Origin: Mobula hypostoma
Lineage: Eukaryota
NCBI RefSeq assembly: GCF_963921235.1
Contig: NC_086108.1
Span: forward strand, 103,852,001-103,916,000
DNA: 64,000 nucleotides
Direction of reading: 5' to 3'
The translations under genes and the position numbers were made by a program. The notes below the pieces were generated by a model that ran no database searches, was not told the origin of the DNA, and saw only the letters and a list, made by a program, of their open reading frames with translations. This document shows, piece after piece, positions 12,535 through 26,392 of the stretch (position 1 is its first letter; every line of letters begins with the position of its first letter).

Positions 12535-13205
12535 GGTCAAACAAGGGAACACAAACCAATCCTCATGGATCAGAAGTGGAGAGAGTGAGAAACTTCAAGT
12601 TCCTGGGTGTTAATATCTCTGAGGACCTAACCTGGACGCAAATATGGAAGGAGAGTTTGGGGAGGTTTGCTTTGTCAGCTAAGACGCTTTGAAAACGTGT
12701 ACAACTGTACCTGGAGAAGACTCTGACTGGCTACGTCATCGTTTGGTATGGGTGGGGGGGGGGCTACTGCATAGGATCGAAGTAAGTAGAAGAATCTTGT
12801 AAAATTAGTCAGCTCTATCATGGCCTCCGTAGTTATCCAAGATATCTTCAAGGATCGGTGCCTTAGGAACGCAGCGTCCAATATTAAGCATCCCCTCCAC
12901 CCAGAGCATGCCCTCTTCTCATTGTTACCATTAGGAAGGTGGTACAGAAGCCTGAAGACACAAACTCAACGATTCAGGAACGACTTCTTCCCGTCTGCCA
13001 ACGGATTTCAGAATGGGCATTGAACCTATGAATACATTACTACCTCACTTTTTAACTTAACTGATTAATATACATGCATATACTTAATATAATTCGTTTC
13101 TTCCCCGTATATTTATTTTATCATGAATTTCATTGTACCGCTGCCGTAAAGTTAATAAATTTCACAACAGATGCTGGTGATATTAAACCTGATTTTGATT
13201 CTGAA
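12535..13205 (+). mobile_element. Rex1/Babar 3' fragment
   Basis: VERVRNFKFLGVNISEDLTW and HPLHPEHALFSLLPLGRWYRSL motifs; gattttgattctga tail. Confidence 0.85.
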
Positions 13206-13319
13206 GTGCAGGCGTCTCTGATTTCCTGCATTCATTGTAGTCATATAGTTACCACATTTACTGTCCTCTAGGCTGATGTTCTAATGGGGCACCTAGAGGG
13301 TGCAGAACTATCAATACAG

Positions 13320-14335
13320 AAAGGTGCTGGGAAAGGGCATGATCATGAAGGATCCCACCCACCCTGCTCAAGGACTGTTCGTCCCACTCCCATCAGGGAG
13401 GAGACTATGTAGCATCCATGCCAGGAACACCAGACTCAAAAACAGTTTACTTTCCCCAAGCAGTAAGGCTGATCAACACCTCCACCACCCACAAACCCAC
13501 TCCCAACCAACACTACTTTACCATTTCCTGTCAGTCACCTTATTTATAGACACTCCTGTGCCTAGCATCACTTCATGGAACACAATCAATCTACCTACAT
13601 AAGCTAACTTGTGTTTTATATTTATTTTATTTTTATTATTATTGTCTTTATTGAGGTTTTTTGTGCTGCAATGGATCTGGAATAACAATTATTTTGTTCT
13701 CCTTTACACTGTACTGGAAATGGCATTAAACAGTGTTGAACATTAATATTGCCAGTTACTTAAAATTCCTTCTTGTTGCCATAATTTGCTTATGCTTATT
13801 GACTGAATTCAAGTTCAAGTTTTGTCATTCAACCATAACATGTAAACAGCTAAACGAAACAGCGTTCCTCTGGGGCCAAAGTCAAAGCACAGCACATATA
13901 GTTATGACCCAGCACATACAGTCACAAAATAATAATAGCACTAATCCCTGAGCAGCATTGGCATTGATGGGGCATGGATGTCGTCCTGGAATCCTGGAGC
14001 CACAATTAGACTCGAACGGTTACTTTCCCCAAAGCAGTGTGACTGATCAACACCCTCTCTCACCAACCCACCCCTCCACACCCCAACCACCACTACTGTG
14101 TTACTTCCTGTCAACCACCTTGTTTACACACACTCCTGTGTCTATTGTCACTTTATGGACATTCAATCAATCAATCTATGTATATAAGCTAAAGTATGCA
14201 TTTATATTCATTGTGTATTTTATTATTGTGTAACTTCTATTGTATTTTTTTGTGTGTTGGATCAGATCCAGAGTAACAATTATTTTGTTCGTCTTTACAC
14301 TTGTGTACAGGAAATGACATTATGCTATCTTGAAT
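13320..14335 (+). mobile_element. Two Rex1/Babar 3'-end fragments of one family
   Basis: IMKDPTHPAQGLFVPLPSGRRL; shared 3' UTR also at 18560-19015(+), 37725-38010(-), 11490-11715(-). Confidence 0.75.
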
Positions 14336-16119
14336 CTCTCTGAGGTGATGTTAGACCTAAACTCCCCCAACCCCTTCCCTCTGATGAGGACGTAAAAGAT
14401 CCTTGTGACTATTTTGAGAAAGTCCCTATGTGTGCTGGAAAATATTTATCGCACAAAGCACATCATAAAAACCGGACTCTGGGACGGCTTCCATCTTGCA
14501 GTTATCAGGACCACTCATGATGCTAAAAGATGAACTCCAGATTGCCCAAATTACCTTGTTGTAGCCATTGCACTTTATCAGTCCATCTGAACTGCACTTT
14601 CTCTTTAACGCCATATTCTGCTTTCCGTCTTCCCTTTTTGCTGCCTCACTGTACTTGTGTGCAGCATGATCTGTCTGGATGGCCCACAGACACAAAGCTG
14701 TACAGGATGATAAGGAGCATAGATCGAAGGGACAGCCAGAGACTTCTCCCCTCTGACATGACCAATATGAGGGGGCAAAACGTTAAGGTGATTGGAGGAG
14801 TGTATAGGAGGGAATGTCTGAGGTAAGTTTGTTTCCAGAGACTGGTGGGTTTTGGAACGTATTGCCAGGGCTGGTGGTAGAGACAGATACTTTAGGGGCA
14901 CTTAAGAGACTCTTAGATAGGCACGTGGATGTGGCTCATAGGTGTAGTGGCTAGTGCAACACTATTACAGCTCGAGGCGTTTGGAGTCCAGAGTTCAGTT
15001 CCGACGTGGTCTGTAAAGAATTTGTATGTTCTTCCCATGACCATGTGGGATTCCTCCGGGTGCTCTGGTTTCCTCCCACATTCCGAAGATGTACCAGTGA
15101 GTAGGTCAATTGGTCACTGTAAATTGTCCTGTGACTGGGGCAGGGTTAAATAGGTGGGTTACCGGACAGTACAGCTTGTTAGGCCAGAAGGGCCTCTTTC
15201 ACGCTGACCTGTGGTTGGGCTATTTCAGTGCAGAGCTGTGCATCTCGTTATGAAATTTAATACAATACAAATTAAATACAAAACGTTGGAGAGCTCAGCT
15301 GGTCAGGCAGCACCTACAGAGAGAAATAACCAGTTGACATTAATGAAGGGTCTCAGCCCTAAATGTCGACTGTCTTATTCCTTTCCATAAGTCAACTGTT
15401 GGGGCCATTGGGTTCATCAACTCTAATGACCATGCTGGATTGGACTTAAGACCATTACAACACCCTTCAGCCTACTATGTTGTGCTGATCTTTTAACTTA
15501 AGGTCAATCTAATCCTTCCCTCCCACACATTCCATTTTTTTTTATCATCAATGTGACTATCTATGAGTTTCTTATGCCCCTTATATATCTGTTTCTACCA
15601 CCACCCCTGGCAGGATGTTTTACACACACGCCACCCTCTCGGTAACGAATTTAACTTTGACATCCCCTTCCTCCCTATATTTTCCTTCTATCACCTTAGA
15701 AGTATATCCCCATTATTTTAGTCATTCCCGCCATGGGCAAAGTCTCTGGCTATCCACTCAATCTATGCCTCTTATCATCTTGTACACCTCTATCAAGTTA
15801 CCCTCTTTAAATCTCTCTCCTCTTTTTAAATTTATGCCTTCTCTTGAAGATTCTGCATTTCTGTTCCACAGCAGCATCTGAAGTCCATCTCTAAACTGCC
15901 ACTGAACTTGTGGGCATTTAGATGGGTGCATTACTGGAGTTCGCCAAGGATGCAGTGGGTTGACCCAGCGTGCTTTCATTTGCAGGGCGTGGGAGTGTAT
16001 CAGTGTTCCCCACGATTGCCGGATTTTAATTGTGCCTCCACAGGATGAACTTGGTTGGCCAAGACACATCTGTCCACCTCTAAACTGTCTCTGAACTTAG
16101 CAGCAAATTAAAAACCATT

Positions 16120-16765
16120 GTAGTGGTCTGTTGGGGTAACCTGTTGTGTCTGCTGCTCCTAAAATGTCCTGCTCTACATTAGTGAAACCCAGTGCAGACC
16201 TCGAGACCGCTTTGTTTGCTCTGTCCACTACCAAAGGGAGGATTTCCTGGCAGCTACCCATTCCAATTTGACTACAAATTTCCATATCAATATGTCTGTC
16301 CATAGCCTCCTCTACTGCCTCAATGAGGCCAAAGTCAGGTTGGAAGAGAAATGCCTCATACTTCTTTTGGTTAGCCTCCAACCTGATGGCATGATCATCA
16401 TTTACTCCAACTTCCAATAACTACTTCCACCTTTTTTCATTCCCCAATCTAGTTACCTGTCCACCAGGACCCTCTGGAGCCCCTCCTTCTTTCTTCCATA
16501 ACCAATTGTCCTCTCCTTTCGGATTCCTCCTTCAGCCCTTTACCTCTTCCACCTATCACCTCCCAGTTTCTCACTTCATTCCCCCTCACCTGGCTTCACC
16601 TATCACCTGGCAGCCCGTACTCCTCCCTCTCCCCCCACCTTCTTTATTCCGGCTTCTGCCACCTTCATTTCCAGTCCTGACGAAGAGTCTCGAAAATGTC
16701 AACTGTTTATACCCCGCACAGATGCTGACTGACCTGCTGAGCTCCTCCAGCATTTTGTGTGCGTT
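16120..16765 (+). mobile_element. Penelope-like element 3' fragment, degenerate
   Basis: GIY-YIG region remnant, tagcctccaacctgatggcatga, pyrimidine-rich UTR and decayed hammerhead cagtcctgacgaagag... Confidence 0.8.
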
Positions 16766-17332
16766 AAAAGGAGTGCAACTGGGAAAATGTAAGAAGGGGG
16801 CCATAGCAAACAAATCCCGTAAACAATTTACACCTGGTTACGGTTGCCAGGGTCCCAGTTGCCTTATCCTTATTTTCAGATCATTGTTTCTAATGAACAA
16901 AAACTGAATAGACATTTAAGTTTTTAACCTCCATGAAGCAAGCCTGAAGTGTAGATCGAGGCGTCCATGCTATTAGTCTTTTTTTTTTACTTGGAGATAT
17001 AGCCTGAGATATATTCTGGCCTAACTAACCCATGCTTCCCAATTACACCCATGTGACCAATCAACCCACTAACCCGAACATCTTTGGACTGTGGGAGGAA
17101 ACCAGAGCACCTGGAGGAAACCCATGAGGACATGGGGAGAACGTATAAACTTTATAGACAGTGGCGGAAATGTACCTGGGTCACGGGTGCTGTAATAGTG
17201 TTTGGCTAACTGCTATGCTATTGTACTGCCCCAAATACAATGAAAGTGAATCTCAAGAAAATGAATCTGGAGGAAGTACACAGTGACAGATATGTACATT
17301 GATAATAAATCAACTTTCAAAATTCCTCTTAC

Positions 17333-17456
17333 CGTTAGGAACACTTCGTCATCGCATTTCTTCCAATATTTCAATCATCATAAAGTGTCATTTAACAGTG
17401 TTAAATATTATTTCCACATGGTTATTCATACTCCTTGAATATGCATATTTCTTATA
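17333..17456 (-). other. Weak candidate non-coding exon on the minus strand
   Basis: Acceptor ccatttcag and donor ACG|gtaaga in unique sequence; all frames closed. Confidence 0.2.
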
Positions 17457-17559
17457 CTGAAATGGTACATTTAGACCTTTGGTAATGCATGGACATGTCT
17501 TTATCTGGACACTGGTTTTCCCCTTGGAGTTTAAAGTAAATTTATGATCTACTCCTGAT

Positions 17560-18245
17560 GTGTAACTACTCCCGATCCTGGTGCTGTGGGACTTCAGGCT
17601 CCTGTCCTGCCGTGGTGATAGCAGCAATGAGAAGACCCGATGTAGATTGGTTGCCGAGCACCTACGCTCCATTCGCCAGAAGAAGTGGGATCTCCCAGTG
17701 GCCACCCATTATAATTCAACTTCCCATTTCCGTTCTCATATTTCTCATAGCTCGGGTTGAAGGAGCAACACCTTATATTCCGTCTGGGTAGCCTCCAACC
17801 TGGTGGGATGAGCATCGATTTCTCAAACTTCTGGTAAAGCTCCCCCTCCCCCCTTCAGCATTCACCATCCCCTTTTCCCTCTCTCACCTTGTCTCCTTGC
17901 CCGCCCATCGCCTCCCTCTGGTGCTCCTCCCCTCTTTCTTTCTTCCATGGCCTTCTGTCCTCTCCTATCAGACTCCCCCTTCTCCAGCCCTGTATCTCCT
18001 TCACCAATCAACCTCCTAGCTTTTTATTTCACCCCCCCCCCACTTTCACCTATCACCTGATGTTTCTCTCTTCCCTCCCCCAACTTTTAAAACTACTCAT
18101 CTTTTTTTTCTCCAGTCCTGCGGAAGGGTCTCGGCCCGAAGCGTCGAGTGTACTCTCTTTCCATAGATGCTGCCTGGTCTGTTAAGTTCCTCCATTTTGT
18201 GTGTGTTGCTTGGATTTCCAGCATCTGCAGGTTTTCTCTTGTTTG
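17560..18245 (+). mobile_element. Penelope-like element 3' fragment
   Basis: EQHLIFRLGSLQPGGM-coding DNA, pyrimidine-rich UTR, mutated hammerhead at ~18113-18150, terminal tail. Confidence 0.85.
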
Positions 18246-21200
18246 CAAGAGCACGGCCTGGATGGTGGGGGTCCTGCTTTCCTGTGGCAGTCCTCTGAGT
18301 AGGTGTGCTTAATGGTGGACTTTTCCTGCAATGGACTGGATTGTATCCTCCACTTGGGCTTGTGGTTTAAATATGAGAGTTTTTGTTTCCACTGAGGAAT
18401 ATCATCTCCAATATGAACATCATTGTTAGAACAGTAACAATTAAAGACAGAAATAACTATCATTTACCCCGGACAGGAAGATTCTAGGGGTAGTCAAAGC
18501 TGCCAAATGCATCATTGGCTCTAACCTACTCGCCGTCAAGGTGATGTATACAGAGAGGTGATGGAAATGGGGCCAGTAGCATAACAAAGGATCCCACCCA
18601 CCCTGCTCATGGACTGTCTGTCCCTCTTTCATCAGGGAGGAGGCTGTGTAGCATCCATACCAGGACCACCAGGCTCAAAAAACAGTTACGTTCCCCATGC
18701 AGTGAGGTTGATCAACACTAACTCTGCCCACTGACCCACCCCTTCACACCCCCAACCACCACTACTTTATCATTCCCTGTCAGAGTCACCTTATGTACAG
18801 ACACTCCTGTGTCTAGCCTCACTTTATGGACACACAATCACTGTATATATCAATGTACTTTTGTATTTATATTTGTGCTTTTTGTAATGATTGTGTTCTT
18901 TTTGTTGTGATTTTTTTGTGTGTGTGTGCTGCAATGGGTCAGGAGTAACAGTAATTTCATTCTCCTTTATATTTGTATACTGGAAATGACATTAAACAAT
19001 TTAGAATCTTGAATCACATTCACTTGGATGTGCTCAAGTTTCTAAACCCTTGCACAACATTGGTATAGGTTCGTAGATAAATGTGGTATTCATTATGTGC
19101 AAACAGGTTGCACAATAGCCTTGGGATCAATGGCTAATTAACCATTTAAGATGTAACTGCTAACCAGATCATTATCAAAAAAAATCCTGGAAATACTCTA
19201 CAAGTAGTCTGCATTTGTGAGACCTGGCTGCATATAACATGAGTACATAACGCAGTTTGTTCTGACGAAGTGTCTTGATGAGCTAGGGCTTTTCTCTTTG
19301 AAGTGAAGGGGGATGAGAGGTGACTTGATCGAGGTGTACAAGATGATAAGAGACATAGATAGAGTGGACAGCCAGAGACTTTTCCCCAGAGCATAACTGA
19401 CTCATTCAAGGGGTTACCATTGTAAGGTGAATGGAAGAATGCACAGAGAAGATGTCAGAGATAGGGTTTTCTTACACAATTCAAGTTCATGTTAATTGTT
19501 ATTCAACTGTACACATATATATGTCTAAATGAAACAAAGTTCTTCTGGGACCAAAGTGCAAAATACAGTATATCACATACAGCACAAAATTAATAATATT
19601 AACAGATAATCTGTAGATGTACAAGTTGACAAAGTATATGTATGACATAATTCAATATACAACTGTATTACTGTTACTGGTGCTGTCATAAGTAATGTGT
19701 ACCGAGTGGTACAGGGTGTTCAGAAGCCTCACGGCCTGGGGGAAGAAGCTGTTACCCAGCTCAGCAGTTCTTGTACTTTGGTACTGTACTTTCTGCCTGA
19801 TGGTAGGGGGTGAAAGAGATTCACACATCGTGGTGGATTCATCTAACAGCCTCCCAAGGATGGTGGTAGAAGCAGATACCTTGGGGGTATATAAGAAACA
19901 TGGATAACAGGAAAATGGAGGGCTGTGTAAAACGGAAGGATTAGATTGACCTTAGAGTAGGTTCAAAGGTTAGCACAGGATGGTGGGCCGAAGGGCCTGT
20001 ACTGTGCCGTAGTGTTCTGTGTTAAAATCGAAGATGTGGTCAGTTTTTGTAGCATTGCCGCTCTGGAGGAGATCATGAGGAAGTGAATGAACTTGGTCAA
20101 GAGAATAAGAGTTCTAAATTTGGCCATTGCCATGATGGAGTAAGAACAATACGATATGCTTCCAGAATGCAAGCATTGGTAAATAATTATTACATGCTGT
20201 CGCCATCCATTAATTGATGTTGGACCCTGATGTTTTTGGCCCAAGGTCCTTTGGCAGTCAAGAATGAGGCAGAAAACTTGTTGCTTACAATTGTTTATTA
20301 AACATTATAAGAGTGAAACAAGGGGGAAGCAAAGAGGGAAAGACAGAGCCTGGTGGCAAGGGGAAAGAACAAAGAAGAGGCAAAGAGACCGATCCAACGT
20401 GCTCTGGTCTCTTATACCAGATTGCTAATTCCATTGAATTTGTGTAGATGACAGTTAACCAATCGGATAGCCCCATTCAAGTAATGGAACTTGAACTAAC
20501 TTCTAACTTCCACTGGAACTAAGAAGTTATGAAAGCAATCACAACCACTACAAAACACACTGAACAATCACACGTACATAGGTAATTATACAAAAACCAT
20601 AAGAAAGTTGAACTACAAGGAAAATAATAATTCTGTAGTCCCATCCAGCACTGATTTGTTCCTGTGACAGAACTGAGCAACAGAGCCGTCAGTCACCAAA
20701 CTGTACCGAGCGCAACATTCCTACTACACAAGTGTCACGGCTCTGTTCCATCAGCTTTCTAAAATAGCTTGAAGATAATTCCACTGGACATGTTCCGTGA
20801 GCTGACGTGTCAGGAAATGTCAACCTCCAGCTGTGCACGTTAGTCTGATACTTCACAGGTTTGAAACCCACGACCACTTCAAATTGAATTCATATTTGTG
20901 GCAGCCCTGGACTTTAAGGTAATTTCTCCCATAGGGCTAACAAAGGAGAACATCAGTTTATCCCAGACATTTTGGCATGGCTGACAATTCACACAAAAAT
21001 AATTGCAGCTTCCACATGGGTGTACAACTGCTCCAGTTTATATTTAGCCATGGTGACAGTTCAAATTCTTCAGTCCTTTTTTTAACATGGGTCAGTCATT
21101 TAGTATCTTAAGCTTGTTGTACCATTCCATTTGCTTGATGTTTTAACTCTAATTACTCAACTTTGTGTTATGTGCCTTTAATATTGTTCTTATAAAATAT

Positions 21201-21599
21201 TTTATAGAGCGTTCCAATTTCTGTTGCCCAAGCACCCTCAAACTTTTGGGGGTCGGGGCTGGGTTTTGGACTCCTGCTGTGATCACTCGGTCCTCACTGT
21301 GTCAACGTGGAACGTAGGCAGCACGGTAACATGGCGGTTAGCGCGGCGCTTTTCCGCACCAGCTGTAAGATTGGGATTTGCTTCCCGCCGCTGTCTCTAA
21401 GGAATCTGTATGTTCTTCCCATGATCACGTGGGTTTCCCCCAGGTGCTTGGGTTCCCTCCACATTCAGGCTAGGGTTATTGAGTTTTGGGCACACTATGT
21501 TGGCATGGTGACACTTGCGGCCAGCCCCCAGCACAGACTTCGTTGATTTGATGCAAAACAGTGCACTTCACTGTATGTGAGAACTAAAACTAATCATAG

Positions 21600-22630
21600 A
21601 GCATAGAGCAGCACAGTATGTCCTTTGACTCACAATGTTGTGCCGACCTTTTAACCTACTCCAAGATCAATCTAGCCCTTCCCTCACACATAGCCCTCCA
21701 TTTTTCTGTCATCCCTGTGCCTACCTAGAAGAAGGTGACACAAAAGACTGCAAATTCTGGGACTCTGGAGCAATACACAAATTGCTGGAGGAGCAGGTGA
21801 GCAGAAAAGCCTGTTTTGGTGCATCAGTACTCTAACTCCAAGTGTTGACCTTGTCAGCCATGCCTTATCATCAGCAGGCCAGGCAGCGTCTGTGGAGGGA
21901 CATGGACAGTTGGTCTTTTGTGTTGAGACCCTTCACCGTTCCGGAGTTGCTCCAGCATTTCATGTGTTGCTTCTTTGCACTAAGTTTGAACACCTTCATC
22001 TTGCTCCTAGTGTTTCCCCCACCACCACCATCCCCATGTTCTGCACTCCCACTTTGACCAATTCTCTTCCTGATTTGTAGCCATTCAATCAAATCCTTCA
22101 ATCATTTTCTGAACACAGCACAGTACAGGCCCTTCAGCCCACAATATTGTGCTGACCTTTTAATCTACTCCAAGATCAATCTGACCCTTCCTTCACACAT
22201 AGTCCTCCATTTTTTCTTTCATCCATGTGCCAATTTAAGAGTTTCTTAAATGTCCCTAACACATCTGTGTCTACTACCACCCTGGCAGTGTGTTCCACAC
22301 ACCCATCACTCTTTTTGTGAAAACAACTTGCCTCGACATCTCTCTATACTTTCCACCAATCATCTCAAAATTATGGCCTCTCATATTAGCCTTTTCTGCC
22401 CCGGGTAAAAGTCTCTGGCTATCCACTCGATTATATGCCTATTGTCATCTTGTACACCTCTATCAAGTCACCTCTCCTCTCCTTCACTCCAATTAGAAAA
22501 TCCCTAGTTTGCTCAGCCTATCCTCAGTCCGGGCAGCTTACTGATAAATCTCCTCTGCACCCTCTCTAAAGCTTCCATATCCTTCCTGTAATGAGGTGAC
22601 GAGAAATGAGCACAACACTCTGTGTGGCTT
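21600..22630 (-). mobile_element. CR1 3' fragments (two tail copies) with a short Penelope-derived element between them
   Basis: 21605-21725 and 22115-22230 are near-identical CR1 3' ends; CR1 ORF2 C-terminal DNA continues to 22630. Confidence 0.7.
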
Positions 22631-23741
22631 AACCCTCAGCCTCTACACTCGAGGGGATGGAGACTAGTCCTATCTGTATATTTGGACGGATGCACTGGTT
22701 ATGGTGACCTGCAGGTTCAGGTTAAGTTTAACTTGCAGTGTTGCTGCGTCGTGGTTTGTATGCAGATGCATTCCCTAATTCTGAAGATGACAGATTGGTA
22801 CACGGCTATTAAAATAACATACTTATTTGAATTAGTGATACAGCATACTAACAACGTGCTTCCGGCCCAACGAGCCCGTACTGCCAAATTTCATCCATGT
22901 GACAAATTATCTTATACTTGTTTGGAACGTCTGAGGAAATCTGAGCACCCAAAGGAAACCCAAGTGTTCACAGGGAGAATGTGCAAACTCCTAATGTACA
23001 GTGGTGGGAAATGAACCCAGGTCACTGGCACTGTGGTAGTGCTATTCTGACTGTGGCACACCGTCAACATAAAATTGCGTTGAGATTAAAGTAACTCTTC
23101 CAGGTGATGCAAAGTATAAAATGGTGCACATAAAGCGCATCTTCACAACAGCCCAAACATTGAACTTGCCATCGCACAGAAATATCCACAGACCTCTTGG
23201 TTAATGGTAAGGATCCCTGGCATAAAAAAAAGTTGGGAACTCCTGTTCAAAAGTTGGTGTCTCAAGAAGGTGGCATATATCAGAAGGAGTCTCATCATCC
23301 AGGACATGCCCTCCCCTCTTCTCATCTTTACCATCAGAGAGGAGCTGAAAGACCAACACTCAATATTTTGGGGACAGTTTCTTCCCTTTTGCCACCAGAT
23401 TTCTGAATGGTCCATGAACACTACCTCACTATTTTGCCCTCTTAATGTACTAATTTTAAAATATTTCTTATTGTAATTTAAGGTTTTTATGTATTGTGTT
23501 GTACTGCTGTTGCAAACCAACAAATTTCATAACGTATGTCAGTGATAACAAATTGGATTCAGATTCTGATATTCATACATTACCTACTGATATCATTCCA
23601 TTTCCACAACACAAGGAAGAGCTTCTTTACCATGACATTTCAAGTGCTTGATGCAGGTAGAAAGCCAGGCTATTAGCCTCTATACTTAAGCTAGAGGGAA
23701 AACTGAAGACCCTTATCTCTATCCAGCAATCTCAGCTGGAA

Positions 23742-23937
23742 CAGCAAAGTGCTGAAGGAACTCAGCAAGTCAGGCAGGATCTTTGGAGAAGAATAAACAG
23801 TTGACATTACAGGTCAACACCCTACTTCAGAACCTGATATTCCTGTCCATAGATGCTGCCTGACTTGCTGAGTTCCTCCAGCATTTTGTGAATGTTGCTC
23901 TGGATTTCCAGCATCTGCAGAATCTCTTGTGTTTATG
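23742..23937. mobile_element. Short palindromic Penelope-derived element
   Basis: Inverted arms; 13-bp TSD atctca(g/a)ctggaa at 23729-23741 and 23938-23950. Confidence 0.85.
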
Positions 23938-24973
23938 ATCTCAACTGGAAAGCTTTCTGTGAGGATTGCTACCTTGTCATGGTGGAGAGGTTTGTGAGTT
24001 CCTGCGAGCAATGCTGCCTGGAGATAGGGTCACCCATGGCGGTAAGGTCAAGGGGGAAGATTCCAGACAAAGAACGATCCAACCTAGACCTCAACAGTGG
24101 AGCTGGCAGAAGATGATGACACATCACAACGGCAGTTAACGTGGAAGAAGGCTGCAGGAGTGAAGGGTTCCCAGTCGTCATGGACCCTGACCCTGGTCTG
24201 TCAAGAACTGTGTGATGGCTGCCTGTGTATCAGTCTCCCCACTTTGAATGGTCATGCTCAGCCATTCTCCGTTAAGGGAATCCACCATAACATCTTGGAT
24301 TAAATCCTGTGGTGATCCTGGATCAGCCTCAACTGCCACCTGAAGACCTACTAATAGACAACCACTTAGGGAAGCATCAAACTCGACTCGAGTGATTGCA
24401 TTACTAATATGACTAGGAAGTGCCTGGTCTGGTTGAGCACAGTGCTGATTGTAATTCCACTGATCAAATAGCCTAACCCATTGGATTTGAAGATGAGATA
24501 TTTCATTTTGATTTTATTTGCTTAAAGGTACAGCACAGTAACAGGCCCTTCTGGACCAACGAGCTTGTGCTATCCAATAACACCCACATGACCAATGACT
24601 CTAACATACACGTCTTTGGACCGTGAGAGAAAACCTGCATGGACACGGGGAGAACATAGACGATCTCCTTACAGACCGTGGTGGGAATTGAACCGGAGTC
24701 GTTGGGGCACAAACTGCTATACCACCATGTGGTTCACCACGGTAAGTATGGCACATAGTCTTTGGAGACCTGGGAAGAATTCTCAGAATTGGGTTCAATA
24801 TCACGGGCATATGTTGTGAAATTTGTTGTTTTTCGGCAACAGTACATTGCAATACATAATAATAAAAAAACACAAATTACAACATGAAGATGTATATAAA
24901 TTAATGAAATGACAACAAAGAGAAAATGTACAGATGTTGGAAATCTGAGCAAAACACAAAATTCTGGAGAAGT

Positions 24974-25776
24974 CACCTCGGACTTCAACTACTGCACAGA
25001 GTCTTGTCATCTTCAGAAGTTTTCTGACGACTCTGCCATAGTTGGATGCATCAGCAAGGGAGATGAGGCTGAGAACAGGGTGACGGTAGGAAACTTTGTC
25101 ACATGGTGTGAGCAGAATTATCTGCATCTTAATGTGAAACGGACTAAGGAGTTGGTGGTAGACTTGAGGAGAGCTAAGGTACTGGTGACCCCTGTTTCCA
25201 TCCAGGGGGTCAGTGTGGACATGGTGGAGGATTACAAATACCTCGGGATACGAATTAACAATAAACTGGACTGGTCAAAGAACACTGAGGCTGTCTACAA
25301 GAAGGGTCAGAACCGTCTCTATTTCCTGAGGAGACTGAGGTCCTTTAACATCTGCCGGACGATGCTGAGGATGTTCTACGAGTCTGTGGTGGTCAGTGCT
25401 ATCATGTTTGCTGTTGTGTGCTGGGGCAGCAGGCTGAGGGTAGCAGACACCAACAGAATCAACAAACTCATTTGTAAGGCCAGTGATGTTGTGGGGATGG
25501 AACTGGACTCTCTCACGGTGGTGTCTGAAAAGAGGATGCTGTCTAAGTTGCATGCCATCTTGGACAATGTCTCCCATCCACTACATAATGTACTGGTTGG
25601 GCACAGGAGTACATTCAGCCAGAGACTCATTCCACCGAGATGCAACACAGAGTGTCATAGGAAGTCATTCCTGCCTGTGGCCATCAAACTTTACAACTCC
25701 TCCCTTGGAGGGTCAGACACCCTGGTGCAACTGTAACGAAAACCAATTTCCCCTGGGATCAATAAAGTATGACTAT
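24974..25776 (+). mobile_element. Young Rex1 LINE, 5'-truncated, with open RT C-terminal frame
   Basis: ORF 24909-25736: LQKFSDDSAIVG, LNVKRTKELVVD, YKYLGIRINNKLDW, RLYFLRRLRSF; TSD gagaagt 24967-24973 / 25777-25783; inserted into a Penelope end. Confidence 0.93.
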
Positions 25777-25966
25777 GAGAAGTTCAGCGGGCAAGGCAGC
25801 ATCGATGGAAAAGAGTGAAGAGTCCACGTTTGGGGCCAAGACCCTTCATCAGGACTGAAATTAGTTGGGTAATGCAAAATGAGAGCCAAAAAAAAAGAAA
25901 AATGTATAATGAGGTTGCGTACATGGACCGTGGATTCATTGTCCATTCAGAAATCTGATGGTGGAA

Positions 25967-26392
25967 ACATAGAAACATAGAAAATAGGAGCAGGAGTAGG
26001 CCATTCGGCCCTTTGAGCCTGCACCGCCATTCAGTATGATCATGGCTGATCATCCAACTCAGAACCCTGTACCTGCCTTCTCTCCATATCCCCTGATCCC
26101 TTTAGCCACAAGGGCCATATCTAACTCCTTCTTAAATATAGCCAATGAACTGGCCTCAACTGTTTCCTGTGGCAGAGAATTCCATAGATTCACCACTCTC
26201 TGTGTGAAGAAGTTTTTCCTCATCTCGGTCCTAAAAGGCTTCCCCTTTATCCTCAAACTGTGACCCCTCGTTCTGGACTTCCCCAACATCGGGAACAATC
26301 TTCCTACATCTACCCTGTCCAATCCCTTTATACGTTTCAATAAGATCCTCCCTCAATCTTCTAAATTCCAGAGAGTATAAGCCAAGTCGATC
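25967..26392 (-). mobile_element. Young CR1 3' fragment
   Basis: Near-identical to 29330-29760; (TTTCTATG)n tail; small internal deletion. Confidence 0.92.

Noticed and set aside
20053..20139. Plus-strand exon HCRSGGDHEEVNELG...
   Set aside because: Short polypyrimidine tract, no recognisable homology, and it lies upstream of the apparent start-codon exon
21600..22230. Local segmental duplication
   Set aside because: Similarity is confined to a common CR1 3' end, so two insertions of one family explain it
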